This document shows positions 40,191 to 53,760 of a stretch of DNA of 64,000 nt, piece after piece; position 1 is the stretch's first letter, and each line of letters starts with the position of its first letter. This DNA is from the human T2T-CHM13v2.0 reference genome, Homo sapiens: the NCBI RefSeq assembly GCF_009914755.1, contig NC_060926.1, one strand, 5' to 3'. A model generated the notes under the pieces. It was not told the DNA's origin. It saw nothing but the letters and a program-made list of their open reading frames with translations, and ran no database searches. Position numbers and translations under genes: made by a program.

Positions 40191-40741
40191 ATGGCTAGGG
40201 AGAGAACTGGAAGCAATAGGGCTTTCTGGAGGCCTTCATATGACCTCCCCTATTAAGTTCTGTATAAGGCTAGTCCTGTAACAAAATAACCTCTCCCTTT
40301 TTAACTGGCCATTGACTGCAGCTTGCCCTCCATGCAGAAATGCCTGTGGTTGCCAGCTGCACTCCCAGAGAGCCCAGAGAGCCTCGGCTACATGTTTTGA
40401 GGTTTGCATTCCTGCTGGTGGTGCAGCGCAGCAAGCTGGCCTGCTTCTCGCTCTCTGGCCTTGCACTTGGGTTCCATAAGAAGCCTGAAGGAGATGCCTC
40501 AGCTCCTGCATGAGCTCTGGAAAAATTGCTCTTTTGGGACTATCTCAGCAGGGACAGATTACAATATGCAAATGAGCCAGAGGTGACCCAGAGCTGGCCA
40601 CAAGGAATAGTGTGCACAAAGAAGACAGGACATGGCTCCTAGGGTTTTCAGGCCAGATATAGGATGTGAGATGTGGGAGCGATTACAGTATGTATTCTGG
40701 GAGCCCAGCACTAATCATGCAGAGGGTATAATAAAAAATAT

Positions 40742-41512
40742 TGTATTAGCTTCCTGTTGCTGCTGTAGCAAATTACCACAGACTTGGTGGCTTACAACAA
40801 ACAACACACATTTTTTCTCTTGCAGTACTGGAGGCCAGAAGTCTGAAATGGGTTTTCATGAGCTAAAATCAAGGTGCCAGCAGGGCTGTGCTTCCTCTGG
40901 AGGCTCCTGGGGTTGGTCTGTTTCTTTTTTTCTTTTCTTTCTTTTTTTTTTTTTTGAGACGGAGTCTCACTTTGTCTCCAGGCTGGAGTGCAGTGGCAAC
41001 TGCAACCTCCGCCTCCCAAATTCAAGCGATTCTCCTGCCTCAGCAATTCTTCTCCTACAGGTGAGCGCCACCACGCCCAGCTAATTTTTGTATTTTAAGT
41101 AGAGATGGGGTTTCACCATGTTGGCCAGGATGCTCTTGATCTCTTGACCTCGTGATCTGCCTGCCTCGGCTTCCCAAAGTGCTGACTTGTGAGTCACCGT
41201 GCCCGGTCCTGTTTCTTGTCTTTTCAGGCTTCTCCAGATCACTCTCATTCCTGGATTCACGGCCTTTGCTCGCTCCCCTTGCTTCTATCATCACATCTCT
41301 TTCCTGTTCTGTTCCCAATGTCTCTCTACCTCCCTCTTCTAAGGGCATTAGTGATTGCATTTAGGACCCACTTGGATAAGCCAGGATCACCTCCTTATCT
41401 TGAAATCCTTAATGCAGTCACATCCACAAGGTCTCTATCACCATGGAGGGTAATATCCAGAGGTTCCAGGGATTAGGACCTGGCTATCTGTGGCCATCGT
41501 TCAGCCCACCCC
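40742..41512 (-). mobile_element. MLT1C/D-like LTR split by an Alu
   Basis: tgtattagcttcctgttgctgctgtagcaaattaccacagacttggtggctta...gattgcatttaggaccca...aggttccagggattaggac. Confidence 0.85.
40927..41208 (-). mobile_element. AluS(c-like) element with internal lesions
   Basis: gagacggagtctcac...gatctcttgacctcgtgatctg; TSD CTGTTTCTT. Confidence 0.92.
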
Positions 41513-42482
41513 AAATGCATGCCATGGTGCTCTGTTCCATTCTGTAAGTGGGATGCCAGACTCCTTCCTTCCTTCTTTCCATTCTTCCTTTGCCTGGCAT
41601 GTGTTTCCAGCACCTGCTTAGGACCAGATCCCATGTCAGGCACTGGAGATCCAGAGAGAGGCACCATCTCATCTGTGGGCCTAGAAGGGGTGGTGGGTGA
41701 ATAGTCACCGCAGAGTGAGTGCAGCATGACAAGCGCCATGGGAGAGGACAGTGAGGGACTGAGGAGGGGCCATCGCCTCCACTGCCAGAAGAGGGAAGGG
41801 GTCACAGAGCTGTGGGTCCCAGCAGTTGGTTTAATGGGTGAGGAGTTTTCTAGGGAAACAGCATATGGGAAGACAACATTCAAGGCAAAGGAAATAGCAG
41901 GGACTGATGTGTCAGAACAGGGGCATTTGGGAAACTCTAAAATGAGAGAGTCGGGTGAGATTACCCAGAGGAAGCATCCGGATATCTGACTCTACCATTT
42001 GATAACACAAGTGATATTCGAACAGTTGGCTGGGGCAGTGGGCAGGAAGTGGCCCTGACAGATGTGGGGCACACCCGAATCTGTACCAGGAGTCAGGATT
42101 CCTCCACTAACTGGCTGGGTCACCTTATAAAATCAAGGGTGACAGACAGGCTTCAGTCCTTGACCTTCAGTGCTTGTGGGAAAGGCTCAAAAAAGGGACA
42201 CACACTCACTCCTTCACTCTGGGCCGTGGCTTTCACTGGTTTTCTTTCTTGAACTGTGCCTGTGTGCCTCCCAGCCCTGGTCTTTCAAGCCTTCCTCAGC
42301 TGCTCCAGCTCACCCTGATCTCCCTCCTTGAATCAGCACAGCACAAAGCATTGAGTGGGTAGGGGTGGGCAAAACACGGGATGAGGAGCATAGACCCTGG
42401 AGCCACACCACCCAAAGTCACACCTCCCAGCTGACAGTCCTGACCTCTCCTTACTTGCATTTGCACATCTATAAAATGGGTC

Positions 42483-43436
<954 letters not shown>

Positions 43437-43582
43437 GGTCCAATGCAGAGAGTGCAGCTTATCTGAAACACCCACTATATTTAAGCTGTTATTATCACAC
43501 AGTTGGATGCTTAATACATTAAATACCCTTGCCTCCATTCTGTAATGGTTTTGTGAGCCAGTTTCTCCTCTTTACTTGTAAG

Positions 43583-43596
43583 CCACCAGAGGGCAG
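43583..43596 (+). promoter_or_regulatory. CTCF core motif match CCACCAGAGGGCAG
   Basis: matches CCASYAGRKGGCRS at all positions; occupancy unknown. Confidence 0.45.
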
Positions 43597-45015
43597 GTCT
43601 GTTGATGCAAAGTTAGTTATCACTCACGTCAAAAATTCTCTCAATGGGTGTTACGAGAGCTCGCAACCGTGACCTTGCTTTTTGTTTTATTCCACCAGTA
43701 AGGAGGTTGTCCTTAGAGAAGAATCTGCTAGAAAGAATTTCCAATGCTTCTTAATTTTGGAGGGCCACAACTGGCCAAGAGGGCCCCAATTTACCTGACT
43801 TGGTATGTATAACTTCTAATTCAATGAAGTGATCCATGAAGAAAATCTAATTTTCCCTAGGCCTTCTCATTAGCCCTTGGGTATGCTCCATTATTACGGA
43901 CAGTCCACGCTCTCCTCTGCGCTGCTGCCTGCATGCAGCAGTCCTGAGCCACCTCCCCTCTCATTATTTCTGGGCATCTCTGGGCACTTACAAGTGTTCA
44001 TTAATGAACCTCTGGGAGTTTTCACAAAGGTCCTGTGCCTGCATACCTCCTGAGGATGGATGCTTGCCTCTGGCACTGATTTCAGGGCCCTCATGGGAAA
44101 ATTGATCTCCTGCCTAGAACATTGCTGTTTCCTGGAGCTCCTAAGCTCCCAAACCACAGAGGTGCTAGCCTCCAGTTCCCAGTGCGGTGGAGCTCCCACA
44201 GTCTGTGCCGAGAATGCACCTGTGTGTGCCTCTCTGGGCTACTCTGGCCTTGCTTCCCCGAGAGCATCTTCTTCTGCCTCCAGCTCTTCTCATATGAATG
44301 GTCAGAAGATGGGCATTATCCCCATCTCTCTCTCTCTCTCTCTTTCTTCTTCTTCCAGTTGTGTCTGTGCACAAAGCCTCCTTGGCATTGGTTCTTCTGG
44401 AGCATGCCTCCAGGGTCCCCACACATATCTGTTAATGCCTGAATCCCTGCAGACAACTCAGACTGCACTCAGCTGAGAGCTCAGATTAGCAGAGTTCCTG
44501 CCATGACTCCATCGAAAAGCTCACAGGCAAATTCCATAGAGATTACGACTATTTGACAATCAAGTTTGAGGAAGGACAAGGCCAGAGCTGAAGCAAGTAT
44601 ACAACACTGGACACGTGGAGTGCACATCTGCTCCCTCCAGCATGATTACAACAGCTGAATTAATTGCCTGGGGGTTAGGAGCCCCTGGAAATGACTAGAA
44701 CATCCATACCTGTCAGAGAGGTGAGGTGGAGAATGCAAATAGAAGTTAAATTCCAGGGGATACTGCAGCCTCCACCATGGGGGTAGGAGGAGTCTGATTC
44801 AGGAGCCTCTGAGCGTTGGAGTTTGAGGGCTCGGGGGAGCAGGGGTTCCTGGAAGTGTGGGTACCTGTCCCTTGAATCTACCCTTGAACCATCACCCTGT
44901 TGGTATTTGATATGTAGAGGAAAAAAAGGCCTACAGGCTAAAATAAATAAGCCAATAAAGATGTAGCTCCCAGGGACTAAAAAACCAGATGGAGGATCAC
45001 TTTTGAGAGTAGAAT

Positions 45016-45256
45016 ATCCCAGCACTTCAGAGGCTGAGGTGGGCAGATTGCTTGAGCTTAGGAATCCTAGACCAGCCTGGGCAACATGGCGAAACCCCAT
45101 CTCTACCACAAAAAATACAAACATTAGCCGGGTGTGGTGGCACACATCTGTGGTCTAGCTACTTGAGAAGCTGAGGGGGTCAGATCACTTGAGCCTGGGA
45201 GGCGGAGGTTGCAGAGAGCTGAGATTGTGCCATTGCACTCTAGTCTGGGCAATAGA
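45016..45256 (+). mobile_element. AluJ-type element truncated at both ends, no poly-A
   Basis: starts atcccagcactt, ends ctgggcaataga. Confidence 0.9.
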
Positions 45257-45344
45257 TTAGAATAGAGGGCAGGCGTGAGGACGGAGGGAGAGTTGCAGGC
45301 ACTGGTCAGCAGGCAGAGGGCCAAGCAGGTGGGGAGTGAAGAAT

Positions 45345-45366
45345 GGGTGGGGGGGTATAGGGAGGG
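45345..45366 (+). other. canonical G-quadruplex-forming motif
   Basis: GGG T GGGGGGG TATA GGG A GGG. Confidence 0.6.
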
Positions 45367-48300
45367 TGATGATGCATACAGGACAGATATTAGCTCCCAG
45401 TGGGGCAGGAGGAGTGGTGAGGACAATAAGGAAGGGCTTTTGTAAGCCTCGTCCTTTCTTCAGCACCTGTGACTTGGTTCTGCCCATGGAATGGGGCTGT
45501 TGTGAGATTCAAATAAAGTACAAATCAAGGTGCTTTGGAAGCTTTTCCATTCCAAGCACAGGTAAAGCAAAAAAGAATTATTAGGGGGTTGTAATAGGGT
45601 CTCATGTTTTCAATTTAGGGGAGGCAGTGGTAGGAAGTAAAATTTGCGTTGAGTGTGAAAGCTTTTCTTTTTTTCAGTTTTTCATCCAGAGATTCTGAAA
45701 TTTTTGATAGAATCCATGTCTCCATTCATCTGTTCATGTTTTCAACACATGCCTGTTGCCCCTACTGAGTGACAGGCCTTGGGCTGGGTGTGGCCATGGA
45801 CTGGGAAATGGGGCACGTGTGTGGTATCTGCTCCAGCACTGTCTCCTCAGCATCCCAGTGGGGACGTGAGGAGGGCAGGGCCCCCAGCCTTAGAAGGTAT
45901 CATAGAAAGGGTCTCTTTCGGCCCTGAAAGCCAAGGATTTCAGACCCACCCAAATGCCGCATTGTTGCGCTGCACTTTTAAAGGGCTGCTGACAGCTGTC
46001 ATTAGCTGAGCACTAAGAAGGGAGTTGCTTTATAATCATCACTGAGTGACTGTAAACACCATGTGTCCCTGAAGAATATTCGGAGCATCAGGCAACTTGT
46101 TAGCTTTTGTCTGGGCCGGAGAGAGGAAAGGGAAGTTCCCTCAGAGAGAGCATTTGCCAGAGTGAAAACATAAAATCAATCGTATGGTTCTAACTTAATT
46201 TTAATTCACATTTTTACACGTGGAGTTTGTTAGAAGGCTGACATTTCACTGTGGAAATCTATAAGGGCTGAATTGTCCTCACATTAGAAGATTTTTAAAA
46301 GAAGTTCTTTGCCACTAGGTTGCAATTTGTTAAAACAAACAATAGCATAACCGCAGTGCAATAGGATGCCAAGGTATTACTGGACTCAGCGAAAATCAAG
46401 TAATCTTTTTTAGGTTCTATTCTCTCCCAACTAAGCTCCCCAGCAATGTCAGAAAATGACAAACTGCAGGATGAATGTAAGAACAGTGCCTTCAAAAATA
46501 CAATAGTTATATAAACCATCTATTGTTAATGAAGAATATAATGCAATTTGCCTGTCTGTGATACAATTATGCAAATCAAAGAAAGAACTATCCAGAAATC
46601 TCTTTACATTCCGATTAAAATGAGATAATTTATCAAACAGAATATTACTGATTATGTTTATGTGTTGCACATTAATCCTGTTACAATAATGTATCCTTCT
46701 CATAATGTAATGGATTTGTGCAATCTAACAGAAAATGACTTTTATACTATCTACAATTAGAAAAATATTCAAAGCATATCCATCCCAATGCAATAGCACA
46801 TGTCTACAACTGCACAATAAACCTATTAAAACAAGCAGAGCTTATGAATGTAACCTTCATCCCAATAAAGATGACAGTGCATTCAATTTTATTGTACTCA
46901 TTACCTGAACAACTCCACAGATAATAAATACTAGGAGTAAATTAGTTTAACCTTCTTGATCTTTTTTTCTTTTCTTTTCTTTTTTTTTTAAGAAAAGGAG
47001 TGTACTTTAATCAACAGCATTAACATCACCTCTCCCCATCCAGATCTTTTGGTTGGTTAAAGATGACATAATTTTATATATAAGACATTTCCAGAAAATC
47101 CTTCATAAATGAGTTACACCTATTTCTACTTATTGGTAGGTGTTTGGACTTGTACATTTCCATCAGGTCAGGACTTTCACAAAATGTATCATTTCCCATC
47201 TTGTTTGTGTTCATATATGTTGGGAAAGAACTATGCTTTGCATAGAAATCCTGCTTGAACAGCATTCATCCATAGGGGGCACATGAATCCCCACTCTTCT
47301 CTGTGCATCACAGCCAAGAACTAATGAGGAGTATTGTCAGGAAAAACAAGAACCCAAATAACTGGCTAAGGTCTCACTTGTGCTTCTATTGCCAAGGATA
47401 ATCATTTTTGCGTTTAAACCAATCTCTTCTACCTTGATGAGAGTCATTAGCATCTGACAGTGAGTGATAATGTGCTTACATTTCACACCTCTTGGCCTTG
47501 TTTGCATTGTCAACATTTTCCCATATGCATACCTTCGCACTAGGAATACAGGTTGACTTAAACAAATGTTTATCTTTTGTAGTAAAATTGTAAACCCTAG
47601 TGTAATTGTAAATTCTCAAATTATTTTTCCATGCCTTTAAGTACCTTTAAGCCAGTTTTGCTTTAGCTTATGCCTAAAATATTATTGTCTCAGCAATGTT
47701 GGGGGCGGGGGGATGGGAAAGGAGTTATCTTCCTATTTCGATTAGACTGACCTGCCAAATCAAGAAAAGAAGAAAAAAAAAAACTCTATGGAAAGCAGCA
47801 TTTCTTTCCACTTTTGAGTAGCTGACTACGCACACACACACATATTAACACAAAGTACGATAGACAAATCTATTAGCCTTCACTGCAACAGGTCAGCATT
47901 TATTGTAAATGTAAAAGAGTAATTTCTCTCAAGGAAAGAAGGAAGGAAGGAAGGCAAGAAAGAAGGGGGGGCAGTATTTAATAAACCAACAGTTTTGTTG
48001 TCATCTAGAGTTTTTGAATGGTTTCCATGTAGATTGTTTAGAAGTAAAACCTTGCTGCTATCAATTTCACAGAGTGAGTCCTTACCAATGAAGAAGAATG
48101 ATGAATTGAAACATAGCTTGCAGTGGCTAAAAAGTTTTTTCTTTCCATGGCATACCATCTGGTTTGGAATGCTGTTGAATTTTCTTTTCCTCAAGAATAG
48201 ATTGGATTGTCCTAAGTGGAGACATTTGATGAAAGAAGAATTTATATTGCCTCTGAGCTACCTGGAAATATTTTGCACCTCTGCTCAAAGGGATGCAAAG

Positions 48301-48779
48301 GAGCATCTTCCACTGAGTAAGATTTCCTAGGCTAGGGCAAGGAGATCTGGTAGCTTTGACTTATCAGAAATGGGGGGATTAGAGAAATAGTACTAAGAGT
48401 GGGAGTGAGGAGTCTGAGGAGACAGCACGTATGGAAGACGTCACGCTCTCTGCACAGCCCAGAAGGACACCAGACCCAAGGGTGGTTGAGCGTGCACTCA
48501 AAGCTTAGGTTGGAAGACAATCTCAGTGGAAGAACAAGACTTGGGTGGATAGTCTGGGCACATCAGAGCTGTGCCAGACTGTCTTAATACTGTGTTGTAG
48601 GCTTTAGGACTGGGAATTCCAGACCCCTCTGCCATGAAGATGATCTAGAGAAAATGTAATGAACTCTCTTTCAGAGATTGAGCTGAGAGCAAACACACAT
48701 CCAGAAGAAGATAAAACAATGGGCAGGACACCCTGGGGAAGAGGGAACGATTGCATATTTTCTTTTTTTAATCTGAAGT

Positions 48780-49010
48780 GTATTAGCTGACTGCCAACTG
48801 CGTATCAGGCAATGTTCGGGGCACATTAGTGGCGTACATCAACAAATTTCTATCTTCGTGAAGCTTGTAATTCCAGATGAGCAACACAGACAATGAATAA
48901 ATACACAATGTAACATATTAGTAGGGGATAAATGCTGGGGGGAAAAGTAGAACAAACTGAAAGAGATGATTTAAGAGTGTGGGAGATGATATTTGCAATT
49001 TTAAAAAGAA
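48780..49010 (-). mobile_element. L2 3' end
   Basis: tattagctgactgccaactgcgtatcaggcaatgttc...cttcgtgaagcttgtaattccag. Confidence 0.6.
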
Positions 49011-49574
49011 TTACAGTTTTGTTGTCAAAACTTCTTTAAAAAATTTGCTTTAAGTAAAGTATTCTGCCTAGTTAAGGCATCTGTTGTCATGAGGATATGC
49101 AACTAATTTGCATTTCCATAAATATGTGTGAAGTTTGATACACAGGTCCTTTAGGGCCCTGTTCTCAACTGATAACTTCCTGGAGTTTACTTCTGAAATT
49201 AAGACACAGGAGAAGAATCTTGATTAGTTATTTTGCTAGTTATTCTTGTCTGTGTTGGACAATAATCAATGGTATCATTTTAACTGCAATAAAATATTTA
49301 TAATTGTTTTTAGCTTGATTATATTTAGTGGAGGTGGTTTAGTTAGGTTTCTTTAGGGGAAATAATAGGTTAGGGATCCCAAAAGATAGCATTAGAGACT
49401 GTGCATGCTCCCGCAGTTACCCAGGTATTTCAGTTTCTCTGTGGAATTTTCCATTTCTGCTGAGGATATTTACCTTGCTTTGTGCCCTAAAACCAGACCA
49501 ACCATACAGATACTTTTGTCGCTGATGATCAACTGAATTGGACCAAGAATTAGACCAAGAGTGTACCCCGACAC

Positions 49575-49922
49575 TGCAGTGGGCCGCCCAGACCCCTGTT
49601 AAGGATGGAAGTGCTCATAACCTTAGCTGCTGGGAGTGTCGGCAGCATCCAAGATCATAGTCTCCCACTGGGGGCAACTGGCATCCAGTGATTGGTCAGT
49701 CCAAGGTAGTTATAAAGGCCTGGCCCCCTTGCCCCAAGAAGGAACAACTCTGAAAGGGCATCCAAGCTCCTGACCTCCTCCTGGAATCAGCTGAGGCCTG
49801 CTGAGAGTGTATCAAAGTTCAACTCCTCCCTTTTCCCAACACCAGTTCCCTCACTCCCTAATAAACCTGCTGAATGCATTTTGCCTTCTCAGTCTGTTTC
49901 CCAAGGAACTTGACGTAAGAAG
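49575..49922 (+). mobile_element. ERVL solo LTR, LTR16-like
   Basis: gctgctgggagtgtcggc, tataaaggcctggcccccttgcccca...acaactctgaaggg-like, ccctaataaacctgctgaatgc...ctcagtctgtttccca. Confidence 0.8.
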
Positions 49923-51489
49923 TGATTTCAGCTCTGTTTGCTGATGATACACATTTGCAGTTACGTCCTGGTCCTCGCACTCCACTCCGTTAGCTCTCTG
50001 CCAATTTCTGACCCTTTGGCACTCTTTCCAATATCTATTTTCACGCTCTCTATTTGGACTGCTATATGGCTTCAGCATCCTGAGTTTTAAGCTTTGCTCC
50101 TACCAGTTCTGGCCCTTTTTAGAAGGATAAAACCCCAACCATTCTAGCCTCAATTCAGCATCCTAATCCTGGGGTGCTTCCTCTCCCTCTCGTTCCATCC
50201 TGAGCAGCTGACTTCAGGAATGACCTTCTCTTACAGGCTGCACAGTGCCCATTCCATTCAGTGCTGAGACTCTTGCAAGCCTTAGGAGAAAGCACTATGA
50301 GACTAGGATGCAATAGACATGGAATTGTGGGCTACACACAGCAGTAATGGGGTTATTTCCTTCCACAAACTGGCTGAGTTTATGTTCACAGATAGGCCCT
50401 CTACACACAGTGTTTTCTTAAAACAATCGTGATTTTCAATGATAATATTTTCACGGTGATAGGGTTGGATTTGAACTCCTAGCTAGGGGAGTCATAACTG
50501 ACCTAAAAGTCTACTTTAATTTTTTTTTAAATAATCTCTCTCTCGGTATAATGTTACCATAGGGTTTTGCAGGCATGGCTTCTCTTATTGTGTTATTCCA
50601 AATGAAACACCACCTCACTGTAGTGACTTTTGGTGCCCCTTAATAGCTCAGGATTTTTTTTCAGTTGCCTGTCTTTCTAAAATTCTCCATGGCTCCTGCA
50701 CGGGTGGGTAAAGTTAGTTCCTCCAAAGAGTTATAAATCCAGGGTCCCCACTGAGCCCATTGTTTTAGATCCAAAAGTGTATGAATTGTTGCCCCAAGAG
50801 TTTTCTTTATTCTATGTTATAAAATGGGTAACCGGATATCACTGACTGAAAATCCTCCTTCGAAGACTTTCTGGCATCTGACTTCACTTTCAAGTCTTGC
50901 AAACCTTATTTTGGAAAAATGGTCATTTATAATATCAACATTTCTAGATCATGTTTTAAAGACGGTTACAGGCATTCAGAGTAACCACATGCCAACGCTG
51001 TCTACTTCTAATTTAACAACCCCCTAGGTTGAAACCAGAGTGAAACTTAGAGACAGGCAGCCAAGCGCTGAAACACTCTTGGGGGATATTTATAATCTCC
51101 AAACTCAACCAAAATTGTTTCCACTCAAAATTAATACTTGGAAACAGATTTTGAAGCCCAAATTTAGACTCTGTCTTCAGTTTCTTGGTTTGTTGTGGAG
51201 CCCACTGCTTGAAATAAAATGTATTTGAAGCTGATAGAACATTAAATCGATTGTCTTTTACATCAAAAAGACAAATGACACAAAACATTTAAAAGGATGC
51301 CCCACTTTTTCCCAGAGCCCTCCTAGCCAAGCACCAAGGATTGGCTGATGTCCATAGCTAGAAAGGGCCGTTACCAAGCTAGTGGCTTATACCTCTGTTT
51401 ACACACGTGATTCTTCTGTAGCTTGAGTAAGAGTCTCTGCTTGGTGAATGCAGTTGCAATTCATATTTATGAAGGTAATGTGATATAAT

Positions 51490-51720
51490 GGAAAGCATGT
51501 TGTACTTGGAGTTAGAAGATCTACGTTCAAAATATCGCTTTATCAGTTCCAAGCTATGCAGTCTTGAACAAATCATTTAGCCTCTTGGAATCTCAGTTTC
51601 TCCATATGTAAAATGAGACTAACCAGCTTGCTCTGTCTCCTCTTTAGAGCTGCTTGGGGGCTGACATGAAGAGAGATAGATAAAAGCACCTTATCACTAT
51701 TCCAAATGCATGGTGTTACT
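51490..51720 (+). mobile_element. MIR
   Basis: tcttgaacaaatcatttagcctcttggaatctcagtttctccatatgtaaaatgag. Confidence 0.78.
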
Positions 51721-52074
51721 GTGCTATTCTATTTTTTAAAATTACTTTTCAAATTTTAACACTTCTTGCCATCTGAGATGTCAGATCAGAGTCTCAGCCT
51801 TTATTTAACCAGTAATTTGCTGCAAAAAGGGAAGCATAAATACAGGCAAAATGGATTTCCCAAAGATGATCCCCTATAAAAAACACTAATTAGAGCAGTG
51901 TTCTTGTCCTGAATATCTAGAGAGAGTTTTTTCCCAGAGGTTGAAAAGCATTTCCTGACCATTCAGCACAACCAATTTTAAAAGTTTGAGCTTTTAATTA
52001 TTCTTTTATTTCTATATTCACATATTTCACAAAAATGTTTTGAAGATGTGTGAAATTCCAGGCAATATTCTATT

Positions 52075-52343
52075 AGGATTGCCAGAAAACATAAATTTTA
52101 ATTTCAGATCAATAGCATAATATTTAAGTATAATACTGAGACTTTAAATTCATTCCCCAACTTACAATTGCACCTCTAGTATTGAGAACCACGCCAATGT
52201 TCTAAAGTTCTAAAATACTGTGTTGGCCAGAAGTAAAAAAATATTGCACAAGCATACTTACACTAAAAAGTTATTTGTTGATTACCTGAATTTCAAATCT
52301 AACTGGGCATCCTATATTTTTATTTGCTAAATCTGGCAACCTT
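52075..52343. mobile_element. MER53-like hAT MITE with an internal insertion
   Basis: terminal inverted repeats taggattgccaga / tctggcaacctta; catacttacactaaaaagttatttgttg. Confidence 0.7.
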
Positions 52344-52344
52344 A

Positions 52345-53760
52345 TTTGTGTGCCGGGGGTGTGCTGATCCCTGTCCTCAGGCAGCATTCATTTCATTGAG
52401 GGAGACAAAGGTAAGTATAAACAAGGTAAGTGTTATGAAGACAAATAAAGCTGAGTATGGAAAGAATGAGAAAGCAGTGATCCTATTTTTAAAAGGGATG
52501 AAGGGAAGGCTGCTTTGGGAAGGTGACTTGAAGTGGACACCTAAAAGTCATAGTGGGCCACCTGAAGATACAGGGAAGAGCCCCTAACCAGAGGCACAGC
52601 GGTGCAGAGAGCCTGGGTGAGAATGAGGTTGCCACGTGTGAGGACTGCAAGAAGGCCATAGGACTGGAGCCTGGTGTGGGAGGGGAAGGTGGTAGAAGAT
52701 GAGATCAAACCTGCAGGGTAAGGACAGATTTTACAGCTGGCAACTTGTAGGCCAGAGTTTGATTTTAGCTTGGGTGTGATAGGGAGCCTTTGAGGGCTTT
52801 AAGCAGGGAGTGACTCAATCTGATTAAAAACACGATTCCAGAAGCCATGTGGGAAAAAAACCATAGAAAGGCCAAAGTGGACACAGGATGAGTGAGGAGC
52901 TTACTGTGGGATGCTCAGAGAAAGGGACCGGAGGCTACTAGGGTGGGAGGTTGGAAGAAAGGCTTGGAGTCGTGACACACTTCAAAGGTGGAGCCAGCAG
53001 GACTTGCTGTTGGGTTTAACACAAGTATGCGGAATTGTGGGCCCGAGCAATAGGGTGAATGGTGGCACCATTTACTGAGACAGGGAAAAGTAGAGAAGTA
53101 GATGGGGGGAAACAGAGCATTCTGGTTTGGACATGTTATGTGTGACATGCCCATCAGATATTCAAGTGTTGGCAGTGGAATACTAGGGTAAGAGTAGTAT
53201 AGGAAGAGATTGCAGAAATTGCAAGAGCTGGGCCACCCAGGACCTTCTTGGCCATTGTAAATAATTTGGATATAACTTTAATGTTACAAAATACCAATAC
53301 AAGTTTTTTAAAACAATGTAGAAATGAAGTGATTGAACTTTCATTTTAAAGGATCGTTTTATTGGGTGGTAAAAAAATTGGCAGGTGGGAGGAAAATTAG
53401 CACTGTTATCTCAGAGTTTCTTACCTGAGGAATCTTGTTGGAATTCCAATTCTTTTTCAGAAGATATGGGGTGAGGATCAACATTCTGAATTTCTACAAG
53501 CTCCTAGTGATATTTATACAGGTGACTGTGGACGACACTTTGGGTGGCAAGATATTAGGAGACTATTCTAAAAATTCTGATGAGAAAGGATGGTGACTTG
53601 ATCCTTTTAGGTGATGGTGGGGATGGACAGAAGTGCACAGATTTGTTTTCTTGGGAGGGGATAGAGAAGGAATGAGGAGCTCTACTTTGGACATGTTGGG
53701 TAGACATATCAATTAGCTGTCATATGTCATAGCTGCATATATGAGTCTGGAGTTCAGAGT
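52345..53760 (-). mobile_element. L2 remnants with a MER5-like insertion at ~53400-53555
   Basis: gagggctttaagcagggagtgac, gtgaatggtggcaccatttactgaga, tttggacatgtt; tgaatttctacaagctcctagtgat. Confidence 0.75.

Noticed and set aside
43894-44476. Overlapping 100-138 aa ORFs
   Set aside because: Ser/Cys/Leu-rich low-complexity translations spanning a CT repeat, with no recognisable domain.
45459-45480. REST/RE1-like TTCAGCACC
   Set aside because: The right half-site (GGACAG) is absent.
47880-48330. 104-111 aa ORFs in repeat-poor DNA
   Set aside because: Non-ATG starts, no recognisable homology, and a length expected by chance.
52240-52270. miR-1302-like sequence in the MER53-like element
   Set aside because: The seed-equivalent region is diverged and the insertion disrupts the hairpin.
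52400-52435. Two perfect AAG|gtaagt donors
   Set aside because: They lie in an L2 remnant as a short local duplication, with no convincing upstream acceptor.
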